DNA of 64,000 nucleotides from Rhabdothermincola salaria (GCF_021246445.1 NZ_JAJQXW010000001.1:1568168-1632167); one strand, 5' to 3'; positions 1 to 9,940 are shown, counted from the stretch's first letter. The notes: generated by a model from the sequence alone, not told the origin. Made by a program: numbers and translations.

Positions 1-2
1 GC

Positions 3-539
3 TTCCCCGCCATCCTCTACGCCGGGGCGGTGAGCTGGTGCGCAGCCACCAACGCCGACGCCGACGTGACCGCGGTGCTCGACCGCGACGTGTTCGCCGA
101 CCGCGCCGAGGTGCTCGGCGGCCTCCTCGACGCGATCGGGCGCGTGTGGCACCGCACCGGCGAACAGACCTTCAACGCCAGCCCCCTGGCCGCCGAGGTG
201 GTCTCGGGGATGTTCCTGCCGGGGGCCGGCGCCGTCCACCCGGCGCGGGCCAACGCGGTGGCCGGGGCGCTCGACGACGCGCTCACCGCTCTCGGTCGCG
301 CTCGTCCCGCCTGCGCTGATGCCGACGACGTGGTGGTGGAGCTCGACGCTGCCATCCGTCTCGCCCGCCACGGCGCCCGCCGTCTGGCCGCCCGCGGCGG
401 CGGGGCGGCCGGCGCGGCGGAGCGCCTCCGCCTCGACTTCGACGAGGTGCGCGATGCCCAGGGAGCGGCGTGGGACCGGCGGGCCCGTCCGGGCGGGCGC
501 GCCGACAGCTTGGCGAAGCTGCGTCCGCCCCCGGACTGA
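3..539 (+). CDS. 5'-truncated CDS; probable C-terminus of a glycoside hydrolase family 20-like (hexosaminidase-like) protein
   Basis: Frame is open from the window edge (FPAILYAGAVSWC...LDRDVF...W..RARPGGRADSL) and resembles C-termini of actinobacterial GH20-like proteins; GC3-rich codons. Confidence 0.45.
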   Translation, partial: FPAILYAGAVSWCAATNADADVTAVLDRDVFADRAEVLGGLLDAIGRVWHRTGEQTFNASPLAAEVVSGMFLPGAGAVHPARANAVAGALDDALTALGRARPACADADDVVVELDAAIRLARHGARRLAARGGGAAGAAERLRLDFDEVRDAQGAAWDRRARPGGRADSLAKLRPPPD

Positions 540-547
540 TCGTTCGG

Positions 548-1102
548 CTAGGCGGGGTCGGTGGGGCCCACCACCGGCACGGAGAGGCCGGCGCCGTCCT
601 CGGTCAGCAGCGTGGCCAGGATCACGATCGGGGCGTCGGTGTCGTTGGCCCCGAAGTGCACCATGTCGCCCACCTCCACCACTGACTCCTCGGCCTCGAT
701 GGAGGTGGTGGAGGGGCCGGTGACGTCCTCCTCGGTGCCGGTGGCCCGCCGGACGACAGCAGTGCCCGACTCGACCGTGTAGCTGAGAGTGCCCGACTCG
801 ATGAACGCCATCTGGATGCCGGGGTGCACGTGGGGAGCCAGCTGGGCCCCGGGGGCGATCGTGTAGCGGACGAGCGACAGGGTCATCCCCGGCACACCCG
901 GCGGGTCGACGTGCTCGGAGAGGATCTCGCGGACCACCGGCTCGTCGGACGAGCCCGGGTCGGTCGGGTCGGTCGAGTCCGCGTCGCTCTCGGTGGTGGA
1001 GGGGGCCGCGGCCGAACGCTCCTCGGCGGTGTCGTCGGCACCGCACGCGGCCAGGACCACGAGGAGCAGGGCGGCGAGCAGGACGGTCAGGCGATGGCGC
1101 AT
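548..1102 (-). CDS. Cupin-domain lipoprotein
   Basis: Signal peptide with lipobox LAAC; cupin motifs APHVHPG...IESGTL and E.GDMVHFGAN. Confidence 0.8.
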   Translation of the reverse strand: MRHRLTVLLAALLLVVLAACGADDTAEERSAAAPSTTESDADSTDPTDPGSSDEPVVREILSEHVDPPGVPGMTLSLVRYTIAPGAQLAPHVHPGIQMAFIESGTLSYTVESGTAVVRRATGTEEDVTGPSTTSIEAEESVVEVGDMVHFGANDTDAPIVILATLLTEDGAGLSVPVVGPTDPA

Positions 1103-1254
1103 GGCGGCAGTCTGACGGACCGGGCCGGTCACCGCGTCCACTGCCGCGCCCACGAGCCCAACACCCGAACCAGAGTTCCTGTGACAGCGCTACACGTCGC
1201 CGCGTCAGATGTTCTAGGGTGACAGAGGACACGTCACTCCCGAGGGGGACCCCC

Positions 1255-3003
1255 ATGTACGACCTCAAGATCACCGGCGGCACCATCGTCGACGGCACCG
1301 GCGCCGACCGCTTCGTGGGCGACATCGGCGTCAAGGACGGACGCATCGTCGCCGTCACGCGCGGCGGAGGTCTCGAGGGCGACGCCGCCGAGACCATCGA
1401 CGCCACCGGCAAGGTCGTGGCCCCCGGGTTCGTCGACATCCACACCCACTACGACGGCCAGGTCACCTGGGACGCCGTGCTCGAGCCCTCCAGCGCCCAC
1501 GGCGTCACCACGCTCGTCAGCGGCAACTGCGGCGTGGGGTTCGCCCCCGTCCATCCCGGCGGCGAGACCGAGCTCATCGAGCTCATGGAGGGTGTCGAGG
1601 ACATCCCCGGCACCGCCCTGCACGAGGGCATGACCTGGGGCTGGGAGAGCTTCCCCGGCTACCTCGACAAGCTCGAGAGCCGAGAGCTCGCCGTCGACTT
1701 CGGGGTGCAGATCGCCCACGGCACGGTGCGCACCTACGTCATGGGCGACCGTGGCGCCCGCAACGAGCCGGCGTCGCCCGAGGACATCGACCTCATGGGC
1801 AAGTACGTCACCGAGGCCGTCGAGGCCGGGGCGCTCGGCTTCTCCACCTCCCGCACGCTCGGCCACCGCGCCATGAACGGCGAACCCGTGCCCGGCACCT
1901 TCGCCGCCGAGGACGAGCTGTTCGGCCTCGGTCGAGCGATGGCGAAGGGAGGCCGCTCCGTGTTCGAGCTGGCCCCCATGGGTGCCGCCGGTGAGGACAT
2001 CCTGGCCCCCAAGACCGAGGTCGAGTGGATGCGCCGCCTGGCGGCCGAGGTCGACCGCCCCGTGTCGTTCGCCCTCATCCAGGTCGACGCCGCTCCCGAT
2101 CTGTGGCGCGAGATCATGGACGAGTCGCTCGCCGCCCACGAGGCCGGGGCGCCGATCTACCCGCAGGCCGCCGCCCGCCCCTTCGGGATGCTCCTGGGCT
2201 TCGCCGGCCACCACGCCTTCTCCAAGCGCCCCACCTACGTGGAGCTGGCCTCGCGGCTCTCCCCGCAGGAGCTCGCCGTCGAGCTGCAGAAGCCGACGGT
2301 GAAGGCCGCCATCCTGTCCGAGACCGACCTCCCGTCGGACCCCAACGTGCTGTTCGACGGCATGAACGGGCTCTGCCAGGGCATGGTCGACCGCACCTAC
2401 TCCCTCGGCGACCCGGTCGACTACGAGCCCACCGCCGACCGCACGGTCACGGCCATGGCCCAGGCCCAGGGCCGCGACCCCCTCGACGTGCTCTACGACC
2501 TCTACTGCGAGCACGACGCCACCGCCATGCTCATGGTGCCGTTCTTCAACTACTCCAACGGCAACCAGGACGCGGTGCGCGAGATGCTCACCCACCCGGC
2601 GGGCGTGGCCGGCCTCTCCGACGGCGGCGCCCACTGCGGCATGATCTGCGACGCCTCCTACCCCACCTACCTGTTGTCGTTCTGGGCCAAGGGGCGCACC
2701 CGCGGCGAGGGGCTCCCCCTCGAGTTCGTGGTCAAGAAGCAGGCCCACGACACCGCCCAGCTCTACGGCCTCACCGACCGTGGGGTGATCACCGAGGGCA
2801 AGAAGGCCGACATCAACATCATCGACATGGACCGCATCGAGATCGGCCGGCCCTACATGGCCTACGACCTGCCCGCCGGCGGCAAGCGCCTGCTGCAGGG
2901 GTCCACCGGCTACACCCACACCATCGTCAGCGGCGTGGTCACCCGGCGCGACGGCCAGGACACGGGCGCCCGCCCGGGTCGCCTCGTCCGCGGCGCCCGC
3001 TGA
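1255..3003 (+). CDS. N-acyl-D-amino-acid deacylase family amidohydrolase
   Basis: GGTIVDGTG, PGFVDIHTHYD, GNCGVGFAP, SDGGAH and GKKADIN motifs; RBS GAGGGGG before the ATG. Confidence 0.9.
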   Translation: MYDLKITGGTIVDGTGADRFVGDIGVKDGRIVAVTRGGGLEGDAAETIDATGKVVAPGFVDIHTHYDGQVTWDAVLEPSSAHGVTTLVSGNCGVGFAPVHPGGETELIELMEGVEDIPGTALHEGMTWGWESFPGYLDKLESRELAVDFGVQIAHGTVRTYVMGDRGARNEPASPEDIDLMGKYVTEAVEAGALGFSTSRTLGHRAMNGEPVPGTFAAEDELFGLGRAMAKGGRSVFELAPMGAAGEDILAPKTEVEWMRRLAAEVDRPVSFALIQVDAAPDLWREIMDESLAAHEAGAPIYPQAAARPFGMLLGFAGHHAFSKRPTYVELASRLSPQELAVELQKPTVKAAILSETDLPSDPNVLFDGMNGLCQGMVDRTYSLGDPVDYEPTADRTVTAMAQAQGRDPLDVLYDLYCEHDATAMLMVPFFNYSNGNQDAVREMLTHPAGVAGLSDGGAHCGMICDASYPTYLLSFWAKGRTRGEGLPLEFVVKKQAHDTAQLYGLTDRGVITEGKKADINIIDMDRIEIGRPYMAYDLPAGGKRLLQGSTGYTHTIVSGVVTRRDGQDTGARPGRLVRGAR

Positions 3004-3151
3004 ACCACCCGGCCCGCCGGTACCGGCGACCTCGCCGGATGCTCCGGGCCTCCCGGCCCACCCGCCTGCGCCGCCTAGGGTGCAGGCGTCCCGTCCGCGG
3101 GCGCGACCTGCGCCCGCGACCAGATCACACACCCCAGGGGGAACACCTTCC

Positions 3152-4000
3152 ATGACTGCTGACGCGTCCCTCGCCGGCCGCACCGCCATCGTCACCGGAG
3201 GCGGCACCGGCATCGGCGCCGCCTGCGCCCAGCGCCTCGCCTCGGACGGCATGGACGTCACCATCTGCGGCCGCACCGAGAGCAAGCTCACCGACGTCGT
3301 CGATCGCATCGGCGCCTCCGGAGCAGCCGGCACCGTGCGCCACCAGGTCACCGACGTCACCGTCGAGGACGACGTGGCCGCCCTCGTGGCCGGGCACATG
3401 GAGGCCTTCGGTCGCCTCGACGGCTTCGTGGCCAACGCCGGCGGGGGCGGGGGCATGGGTCCCTACCACCTGCAGGACACCACCGAGTTCCTACGGGTCC
3501 TGCACCTCAACGTGCTGGGCACCATGCTCTCGGTCAAGCACTCCGTGCCCCACCTGGTGGCGGCCGGCGGTGGCTCCTTCGTCGGCATGTCCTCGCTCGC
3601 CGGGCACCGCACCCACCCCATGTTCGGCGCCTACACGGTGGCCAAGGCCGGCATCGAGGAGATGATGAAGAACGCCGCCGACGAGTACGGCGAGGTGAAG
3701 GTGCGCTTCAACGCCGTGCGCCCCGGCTTCATCTCCACCGAGATCATGGAGGGCATCCCGCGCGACTCCGAGGTCTACGACAGCTACATCCAGCAGACCC
3801 CGCTGGGCGACGTCGGCGAGCCCGAGGACGTGGCCAACCTGGTGCGCTTCCTCGTGTCCGACGAGGCCCGGTGGATCACCGGCATGTCCATCAACGTCGA
3901 CGGTGGCCACCACCTGCGCCGTGGGCCCCTGTTCACCTCGTTCATCGAGCCGGCCATCGGGCACGACGCCCTCGTGGCCAAGGGCCCCGTCCCGAGCTGA
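3152..4000 (+). CDS. Short-chain dehydrogenase/reductase (SDR)
   Basis: TGGGTGIG, ANAG, YTVAK catalytic motif, NAVRPG, VDGG. Confidence 0.92.
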   Translation: MTADASLAGRTAIVTGGGTGIGAACAQRLASDGMDVTICGRTESKLTDVVDRIGASGAAGTVRHQVTDVTVEDDVAALVAGHMEAFGRLDGFVANAGGGGGMGPYHLQDTTEFLRVLHLNVLGTMLSVKHSVPHLVAAGGGSFVGMSSLAGHRTHPMFGAYTVAKAGIEEMMKNAADEYGEVKVRFNAVRPGFISTEIMEGIPRDSEVYDSYIQQTPLGDVGEPEDVANLVRFLVSDEARWITGMSINVDGGHHLRRGPLFTSFIEPAIGHDALVAKGPVPS

Positions 4001-4132
4001 GCCCTCTCCCGGCCGCCGATCGGCCGGTTGCTTGACCGTGATCACGATCCGCCGGCTCCCAGTAGCGTGGCGGATCGTGACGCGTCAGGCACCAGATCGA
4101 ACCCGCACCACCAGCCCGATGGGAGGCCGCCG

Positions 4133-5095
4133 GTGAAGCTCGGGCTGTTCTTCGACCTGCGCAACCCCGAGCCGTGGGCCCGGCCGTGGCCGGAGGTCTA
4201 CGGGGCCACGCTCGACCTGCTCGAACGGGCCGAAGCCCTGGGCTGCGAAGCGGCCTGGTTCACCGAGCACCACCTCTTCGACGACGGCTACCTCCCCCAG
4301 CCCCTCACCTTCCTCGCCGCGGTGGCCGCCCGCACCCGGCGCATGACCATCGGCACCGCCGTCGTGTTGGCCGCGCTGCGGCCGGCCCCCCTCGTCGCCG
4401 AGGAGGCGGCCGTGGTCGATCAGCTCTCCGGGGGGCGCCTGGAGCTGGGCATCGGAGCCGGCTACGTCGCCCGCGAGTACGAGCTCTACGACCGCGACAT
4501 CACCCGGCGCTACGGCCTCACCGACGCCGCCGTGGCCGAGATCCGCCGCCTGCTCGACGACGGCGTGGTGACCCCGGGTCCCGCCCAACGCCCCTTCCCC
4601 CTCTGGCTGGGCTACCAGGGCCCCCAGGGGGCACGGCGAGCAGGACGCCTCGGCGTGGGCCTGCTCAGCCTCGACCGCTCGTTGCTCGAGCCCTACCGCG
4701 ACGGCCTCGTCGAGGGAGGCCACGACCCGGCCACGGCCCGCACCGGCGGCCTGCTCGACATCGTGGTCGCCGGCGATCCCGAGGCCACCCTCGAGCGCAT
4801 CCTCCCCCACTACCTGCACCAGGCCAACAGCTATGGGGCGGCCGCAGCGGCCGGCACCGGTCGGGAACCACGCGTGCTCACCGCCGAGAAGGTGCTGTCG
4901 CGCCGCACCGGCCCGGGATCGGTGCCGGGTCTGCGGGTGCTCACGCCCGACGAGGCCGTGGCTGCCATCCGCGAGGCCGTCGCCGACTCGCCCGTCGAGC
5001 ACGTGTACCTGTGGGCCAGCATCGCCGCCATGCCCGACGACCTCGTCGAGGAGCACGTCGAGCTCCTCTTCACCCAGGTCCGCCCCCGCCTGTGA
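4133..5095 (+). CDS. LLM-class flavin-dependent oxidoreductase
   Basis: WFTEHH, AVAARTRR.TIGTAV, VDQLSGGRLELGIGAGY; GTG start after GGGAGG. Confidence 0.9.
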   Translation: MKLGLFFDLRNPEPWARPWPEVYGATLDLLERAEALGCEAAWFTEHHLFDDGYLPQPLTFLAAVAARTRRMTIGTAVVLAALRPAPLVAEEAAVVDQLSGGRLELGIGAGYVAREYELYDRDITRRYGLTDAAVAEIRRLLDDGVVTPGPAQRPFPLWLGYQGPQGARRAGRLGVGLLSLDRSLLEPYRDGLVEGGHDPATARTGGLLDIVVAGDPEATLERILPHYLHQANSYGAAAAAGTGREPRVLTAEKVLSRRTGPGSVPGLRVLTPDEAVAAIREAVADSPVEHVYLWASIAAMPDDLVEEHVELLFTQVRPRL

Positions 5096-5145
5096 CCCCC
5101 GAAGTGGTGGTGGCGCGGCACGGCCCACCGCACCGGAGCCCGAGC

Positions 5146-5916
5146 GTGAACGCCGCGGCAACGGTCTTGCTCCTGGTGATCGGCGTCTTCACGATCGTGG
5201 GCTGCACCGGGTCGGACGAAGGGGGCTCCGTCACGTCGGAGGGGCACTTCGGTCCTCTCGAGATCGACCTGGCGGTCAGCCCGACCTCCCCGACCCTCGA
5301 CGACTCGTTGGTCGGGCGCCTGACCGTGGTGAACACCGGTGCCGAGCCGTTGTCGCTGCGACGTCTCTGCCCTTCGTCCATCAGCCTCACCCCGAGCTCT
5401 TGGAACGGCCCCGGACTCCCGGTCGCGGGGTCCGGTCAGCCCGCGCCGCTGGACGCGCTGACCTTGGCCCTCGCCGCGCTCCGGTCGGTCCCGTTCGAGG
5501 GGGACGACTGCGACCCGGGTGAGGTCCTGACCCTGGAAGGAGGCGACGAGCTCACCACGGAAGGCTCCCTCGACCTCGCCACCATCGGGTTCGGCCCCGG
5601 ACCGGCCCAGGTGCGAGCCCATATCGGCCTCGGAGCGGTGTACGCGTTCGAGGCCACCGAGGCACCCGCCCCGATCGTGGTGGAGCTGCCCACCCCATCG
5701 ACCGACCGGATACCTCTCGACCGAGCCCTGGCCTCCGCCCTGGAGCTGCCTGCGCTGCAGGAATGGGCCGCCGACCACGACCAGGGCTTCGAGGCCGAGG
5801 CGGCGACCGTCGAGCGAGGTTGGCAGATACTCGTGCACCAGCGCGACGTGCCACCGGAGCAGCTCGATCAGGTCACCGTCCGGGTCGACGACGAGGGATC
5901 GCGAGTGGATCGCTAG
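5146..5916 (+). CDS. Hypothetical lipoprotein
   Basis: Hydrophobic N-terminus with lipobox IVGC; predicted beta-rich mature part; GTG start is inferred. Confidence 0.65.
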   Translation: MNAAATVLLLVIGVFTIVGCTGSDEGGSVTSEGHFGPLEIDLAVSPTSPTLDDSLVGRLTVVNTGAEPLSLRRLCPSSISLTPSSWNGPGLPVAGSGQPAPLDALTLALAALRSVPFEGDDCDPGEVLTLEGGDELTTEGSLDLATIGFGPGPAQVRAHIGLGAVYAFEATEAPAPIVVELPTPSTDRIPLDRALASALELPALQEWAADHDQGFEAEAATVERGWQILVHQRDVPPEQLDQVTVRVDDEGSRVDR

Positions 5917-5993
5917 GCGCAACGGCGTAGACCCCTCATCGGTCGACCCAGCCCGCCCCGCCTCCCGGCCGCGCTCAAGGGGCACGAACACGC

Positions 5994-6218
5994 TCACCGT
6001 TGGTTGGCGGCGTCCTCCTCGGCGAGGGCAGTGAGGACGAGAGCCCATGAGGCGATCCCGTGCTCACACCAGCCGTCCGGCGTCACCAGGCACTCGTCGG
6101 GGCAGCGGCACACCCCGTCGGCCACCCACTCGGCGAGGGTCTCGTCGTCGGGTGGAGCCCACCCGCTGTTGTGCTCGAAGAACACGTGCGCGTTCCGGAT
6201 CGCGGCCTCGGCGTCCAC
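5994..6218 (-). CDS. Small Cys/His-rich hypothetical protein (putative metal-binding)
   Basis: 74 aa with DGVCRCPDECLVTPDGWCEHG; coding-like codon use. Confidence 0.7.
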   Translation of the reverse strand: MDAEAAIRNAHVFFEHNSGWAPPDDETLAEWVADGVCRCPDECLVTPDGWCEHGIASWALVLTALAEEDAANQR

Positions 6219-6302
6219 ACGGCCAGTGTCGCACCGACACGAGCGTCCCGGGCGAGGTCCGAGATGCCGTCCTCGAAGAGGGGCAGCACCGAGGACCTCC
6301 TC

Positions 6303-7082
6303 TCAGAGCCGCTGCGGGAGCCCCACCTGCACGACGGCGGCATCGGCGGCCACGACGTGCACCGGATCGTCGTCGACCGGGTACCCGGCGGCCCGGACGA
6401 GACCGGCGTCGACGTCGACGTCGACGCACCGACGCTGCTCCCAGGGGCGGTGGCGCACGGGAGCCCAGAGCACGCTCGCCGGCGATCGCGACCACCAGGG
6501 ACGGGCGTAGAGGGCGTAGCGCTCGGTGAGGAAGGCATCGAGGTCGGCTCGGTCGTCCACGGCGTCACCGACGGCGACGCGCACCCGCCCGGTGGTCCCG
6601 CCCGGGCGACGGATCGACCACGCCCGACAGCCCGGCCCGTCGTGCGCCGACGTGTGGATCTGCGAGCGCTGGTAGGGCAACGACCAGGCGACCCGAGCGG
6701 CGGCCGCACCGAGCCGCGAGGACGCGTCGAGAGAGTCGAACCACACGCCCGGGCCCCGGGGGCCGATGACGTAGGTGCGCACGTTCACCTCGCTGAAGTT
6801 CTCGGTGGTGGGCACCGCCGGGAGCTCTCGCCCGGCGATCACCAGCCGGAGACGCTGCATCTCGAAGGGCACCAAGCCGACCCAGGCCCGACCCTCGAAC
6901 AGGTCCGGCCGCACTCCCGTCGGGAGCCGGCGGGCGACCGTCTCGATCGGCACGGGCCAGTGGCACCACACGATCGAGCTCCATCGCTGGGTCATCACCA
7001 GCGGCCGATCGAAGCCGGCAGCACCAGGGACGACCCCATGCCCTCCACGGGCCTGCGCAGGGGCTGGACCGGACGTCGTCAC
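6303..7082 (-). CDS. YqjF/DUF2071 family protein
   Basis: MTQRW...HWPV, AWVGLVPF.M, E.NVRTYV, GVWF.SLDA, FLTERY, H.PW motifs; start uncertain (GTG 7082 or ATG 6995). Confidence 0.85.
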   Translation of the reverse strand: MTTSGPAPAQARGGHGVVPGAAGFDRPLVMTQRWSSIVWCHWPVPIETVARRLPTGVRPDLFEGRAWVGLVPFEMQRLRLVIAGRELPAVPTTENFSEVNVRTYVIGPRGPGVWFDSLDASSRLGAAAARVAWSLPYQRSQIHTSAHDGPGCRAWSIRRPGGTTGRVRVAVGDAVDDRADLDAFLTERYALYARPWWSRSPASVLWAPVRHRPWEQRRCVDVDVDAGLVRAAGYPVDDDPVHVVAADAAVVQVGLPQRL

Positions 7083-7163
7083 ACCACCGGGAACGGCGCC
7101 GTCGGTCGCCCTATTCCTCCGCTCGCAACCGCCACCCGGTGTGGCGCCACCGCCGCGGGAAGG

Positions 7164-7177
7164 ATTTAGCACTAAAT
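7164..7177. promoter_or_regulatory. AT-rich palindromic operator ATTTAG-CA-CTAAAT
   Basis: Perfect 6+6 inverted repeat in a GC-rich divergent intergenic region. Confidence 0.55.
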
Positions 7178-7220
7178 GTGGTTGGACGGGTCGACGCCTT
7201 CGTGCAGAAAGGACTCTCCC

Positions 7221-7436
7221 ATGCCCTCCGTGCCACCATCCCTCCGACGTCGACTGCCGTTCCTGTTCGCCGGGTTCCTGTCGTTCCTCTTCTCGGTGTA
7301 CCTGTACTTCGTCGCCGACGAGCAGACCGCCGGGATCTTCGTGGGCCTCTGGGTGCCCTCCATCCACTCCCTCGGCACCCTCCTGCTCACCGCCATCGAG
7401 CAGCCCACCCCCAAGCAGGCCGAGGTGACGTCGTGA
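7221..7436 (+). CDS. Small two-TM membrane protein
   Basis: RBS GAAAGGA; 71 aa; two hydrophobic helices with AGIFVGLWVPSI. Confidence 0.75.
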   Translation: MPSVPPSLRRRLPFLFAGFLSFLFSVYLYFVADEQTAGIFVGLWVPSIHSLGTLLLTAIEQPTPKQAEVTS

Positions 7437-7621
7437 GCGAGCTCGCCATCTTCATCGTCGGTTCGATCATCTTCGCCATCACCGTCTACGGCAGCGTCAT
7501 GGGCGGCGGCATCGCGCTCGGGCGTCTGGCCGACCACGAGGCCGAGCCCGTGGACAGCCACGACACCGCCGACACCGCCCCCGGCCGCACTGCGGACCCC
7601 AAGGGCCCGGACAGCGCCTGA
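7433..7621 (+). CDS. Small single-TM membrane protein
   Basis: GTGA overlap with the upstream stop; MSELAIFIVGSIIFAITVYGSV helix followed by an acidic tail. Confidence 0.7.
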   Translation: MSELAIFIVGSIIFAITVYGSVMGGGIALGRLADHEAEPVDSHDTADTAPGRTADPKGPDSA

Positions 7622-7673
7622 CAGCCCCCGACGTCGACGCAGCCGGCCGACGAGCCCAGCCGGCGGGTCCCGA

Positions 7674-8507
7674 TCAGGCCGTCCCCTCGTCGAGCGGGGG
7701 CAGCAGGCCCAGGGCCCGGGCGATGTCCTGGGCCTCGTGGTAGCTGCCGTTGTCGACCTCGGTGGGCCCGGCGGTGACCAGCCAGGCGACGGCCGCGCCC
7801 ACCACGGAGGGGTCGACGCCGCGGCTGGCCACGTCGGAGAGGTTCGACAGCAACTGGGTGCGCTCGGTGGCCACGTAGCCCGGATCGATCGTGTAGGCGA
7901 CGATGCCCTGGCGGCCGTACTCGTTGGCCAGGCGGTCGGCCACCCGGTGGAACCCGGCCTTCACCGCGGCGTAGGTGAGCGCCGCCCCGCCCTTGCCGAT
8001 GGGCCGCCGCAGCTTGTACTTGCCGGATCCCGAGCCGATGTTCACCACGGTGCCCCCGCCCCGCTCGACCATGTGGCCCACCGTGCGCTGCAGCAACAGC
8101 AGCTGGGCGGTGAAGTCGCCCCACACCAGCTTCACGACCTCGTCGGGGTCGGTGTCGAGGAAGGGCTTGGACCCGGCCGGCGACACGTAGATGGCGTTGT
8201 TCACCACCACGTCGAGGTGGCCGAGGCCCTCGATGGCGGCGTCGACCGCCGGCCACAGGGCCTCTCGCTCCAGCAGGTCGAGAGGAACCTGCACCGCCCG
8301 CTGCCCACGCCCCTCGATCTCGGCGGCGGTGGACTCGAGGCTGCCCGGCAGCACGATGGCCGGGTCGTCGGTGCGAGCGGTGGCGTCGCCCTCCTTCACC
8401 GTGCGGGCCGTGATGGCCACGTCGAAGCCGGCCTCGGCGAGGGCGATGGCCGTGGCCCGCCCGATCCCTCGGCTGGCGCCGGTGACCATCGCGGTCCGAG
8501 CTGACAT
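7674..8507 (-). CDS. SDR oxidoreductase
   Basis: TGASRGIG, NNAI, YAAVK, DPG.V.TE. Confidence 0.9.
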   Translation of the reverse strand: MSARTAMVTGASRGIGRATAIALAEAGFDVAITARTVKEGDATARTDDPAIVLPGSLESTAAEIEGRGQRAVQVPLDLLEREALWPAVDAAIEGLGHLDVVVNNAIYVSPAGSKPFLDTDPDEVVKLVWGDFTAQLLLLQRTVGHMVERGGGTVVNIGSGSGKYKLRRPIGKGGAALTYAAVKAGFHRVADRLANEYGRQGIVAYTIDPGYVATERTQLLSNLSDVASRGVDPSVVGAAVAWLVTAGPTEVDNGSYHEAQDIARALGLLPPLDEGTA

Positions 8508-8631
8508 GCGGGTTCCCTTCGTCGGAAGAGTTGCTTGATGTGGTTCAGGATCCTACCGGCGCGGGTCGGACGCCTCGCACGAGCCGGTTCGCGCCGGGCC
8601 GACAGCCCGAGGAGCCGAGATCGCAGCGGTA

Positions 8632-9102
8632 GTGTCGGCGCCCGTGAGCCGCCGCGATGACCTGCGCGAGATCGAGTGGTCCCTGCGCCAGGTGGGGCGC
8701 ATCGGCCGCAGCCGCCAGGCTGCCCGCGTGCGCGCCGAGGTCTCGGGGGTGGAGCTCTCCAACCCCGCCGCGGCCATCCTCTCCGCCCTCCACCAGCACG
8801 GGCCCATGCGCTCCGCCGCGCTGGCCGAGGCCGCCGACACCGAGGCTCCCCTGGTGAGCCGGGAGCTGCGCACGCTCGCCGAGCGTGGCTTCGTCACCAA
8901 CGAGACCGACCCGACCGATGGTCGGGCCCGGATCATCGCCCTCACCGACGAGGGCCGCACCGCCTACCGGACGTTCCGAGCCGCCACCGACAAGATCGCT
9001 GCCGACGCGTTCCGGAGCTGGGACAGCGAGGACCTCGAGGTCCTGGCCGGGCTGCTGCGGCGGGTGGTGCAGGACTTCGCCCGGTCCCCCACCACCCGCT
9101 GA
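8632..9102 (+). CDS. MarR family transcriptional regulator
   Basis: LAE...VSRELRTL.ERGFV...DPTDGRAR.I.LT.EG. Confidence 0.88.
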   Translation: MSAPVSRRDDLREIEWSLRQVGRIGRSRQAARVRAEVSGVELSNPAAAILSALHQHGPMRSAALAEAADTEAPLVSRELRTLAERGFVTNETDPTDGRARIIALTDEGRTAYRTFRAATDKIAADAFRSWDSEDLEVLAGLLRRVVQDFARSPTTR

Positions 9103-9124
9103 GCCACCATCGCGGCCGCAGCCG

Positions 9125-9940
9125 CTACGCCAGGGCGCTGAAGTCCACCTGGCCGGTGGTCATGGCCGCGGTGAACCCGGAGTCCACCAACAGGTTCACG
9201 CCGTTGATGAACGAGGCGGCGTCGCTGCCCATGAAGGCCAGCGGCGGGGCCATGTCGGAGGCCACGGCCATGCGGGCCTCGCCCTGCTGGGAGACCGACC
9301 AGTCGATGACCTTGTCGCCCATGGTCTCGCGGAAGTCCTTCATCAGCGGGGTGTCGACCGGGGCCGGGCAGATGCTGTTGGTGCGCACGCCCTTGGCCAT
9401 CGTGTGCTTGGCGTTGCGCATGGTGAACACCTGCATGCACATCTTGGAGAAGGCGTAGACGTCGCCGATCGTGTCGGGGTGGTCGTCGCACCACTGCAGG
9501 AAGGCATCCCAGTCCTCGATGTCGAGGAGCTCGTTGATCTCGCCGACCTGGTTGGGCCAACCGTTGCCGGCCATCGAGGCGGTGTACACGATGGTGCCAC
9601 CCGACGGGATGCGGTCGATGAGCTTCTCGGCCAGGCGGCGCGAGGCCAGCACGTTGACGGCCATGCAGGTGCGCACCCCGGCGTTGGCAGCCACGCCGGC
9701 GTTCGAGAACAGCACGTCGATGCGACCGTCGATCTGGTCGCAGGCGGCGTCGATGCTGGCCGGGTCGGCCAGGTTGACCTCGACGTAGGCGTCGATGGGG
9801 CCCTCGGGCTTCTTGATGTCGAGCACGGTGATGTGCTCGGCGCCGAGCTCGCGCAGCAGCTCGACCAGCGCGGCACCGATGCCGGTGGCACCGCCGGTGA
9901 CGACGACGCGCTTGCCCTCGTAGTTGAACAGGTCCGACAT
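9125..9940 (-). CDS. SDR (coniferyl alcohol/3-alpha-HSD-like)
   Basis: TGGATGIG, SNAGV, YAFSK, CPAPVDTPL, VDSG. Confidence 0.88.
   Translation of the reverse strand: MSDLFNYEGKRVVVTGGATGIGAALVELLRELGAEHITVLDIKKPEGPIDAYVEVNLADPASIDAACDQIDGRIDVLFSNAGVAANAGVRTCMAVNVLASRRLAEKLIDRIPSGGTIVYTASMAGNGWPNQVGEINELLDIEDWDAFLQWCDDHPDTIGDVYAFSKMCMQVFTMRNAKHTMAKGVRTNSICPAPVDTPLMKDFRETMGDKVIDWSVSQQGEARMAVASDMAPPLAFMGSDAASFINGVNLLVDSGFTAAMTTGQVDFSALA

Noticed and set aside
1165..1180. SOS-box-like CCGAAC-CAGA-GTTCCT upstream of the amidohydrolase
   Set aside because: The outer positions mismatch and the flanking genes are not repair-related; probably chance or another regulator's site.
7166..7192. CIRCE (HrcA) element from TTAGCACT
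   Set aside because: The right half GAGTGCTAA is absent and there are no chaperone genes; the 14-bp palindrome explains it better.
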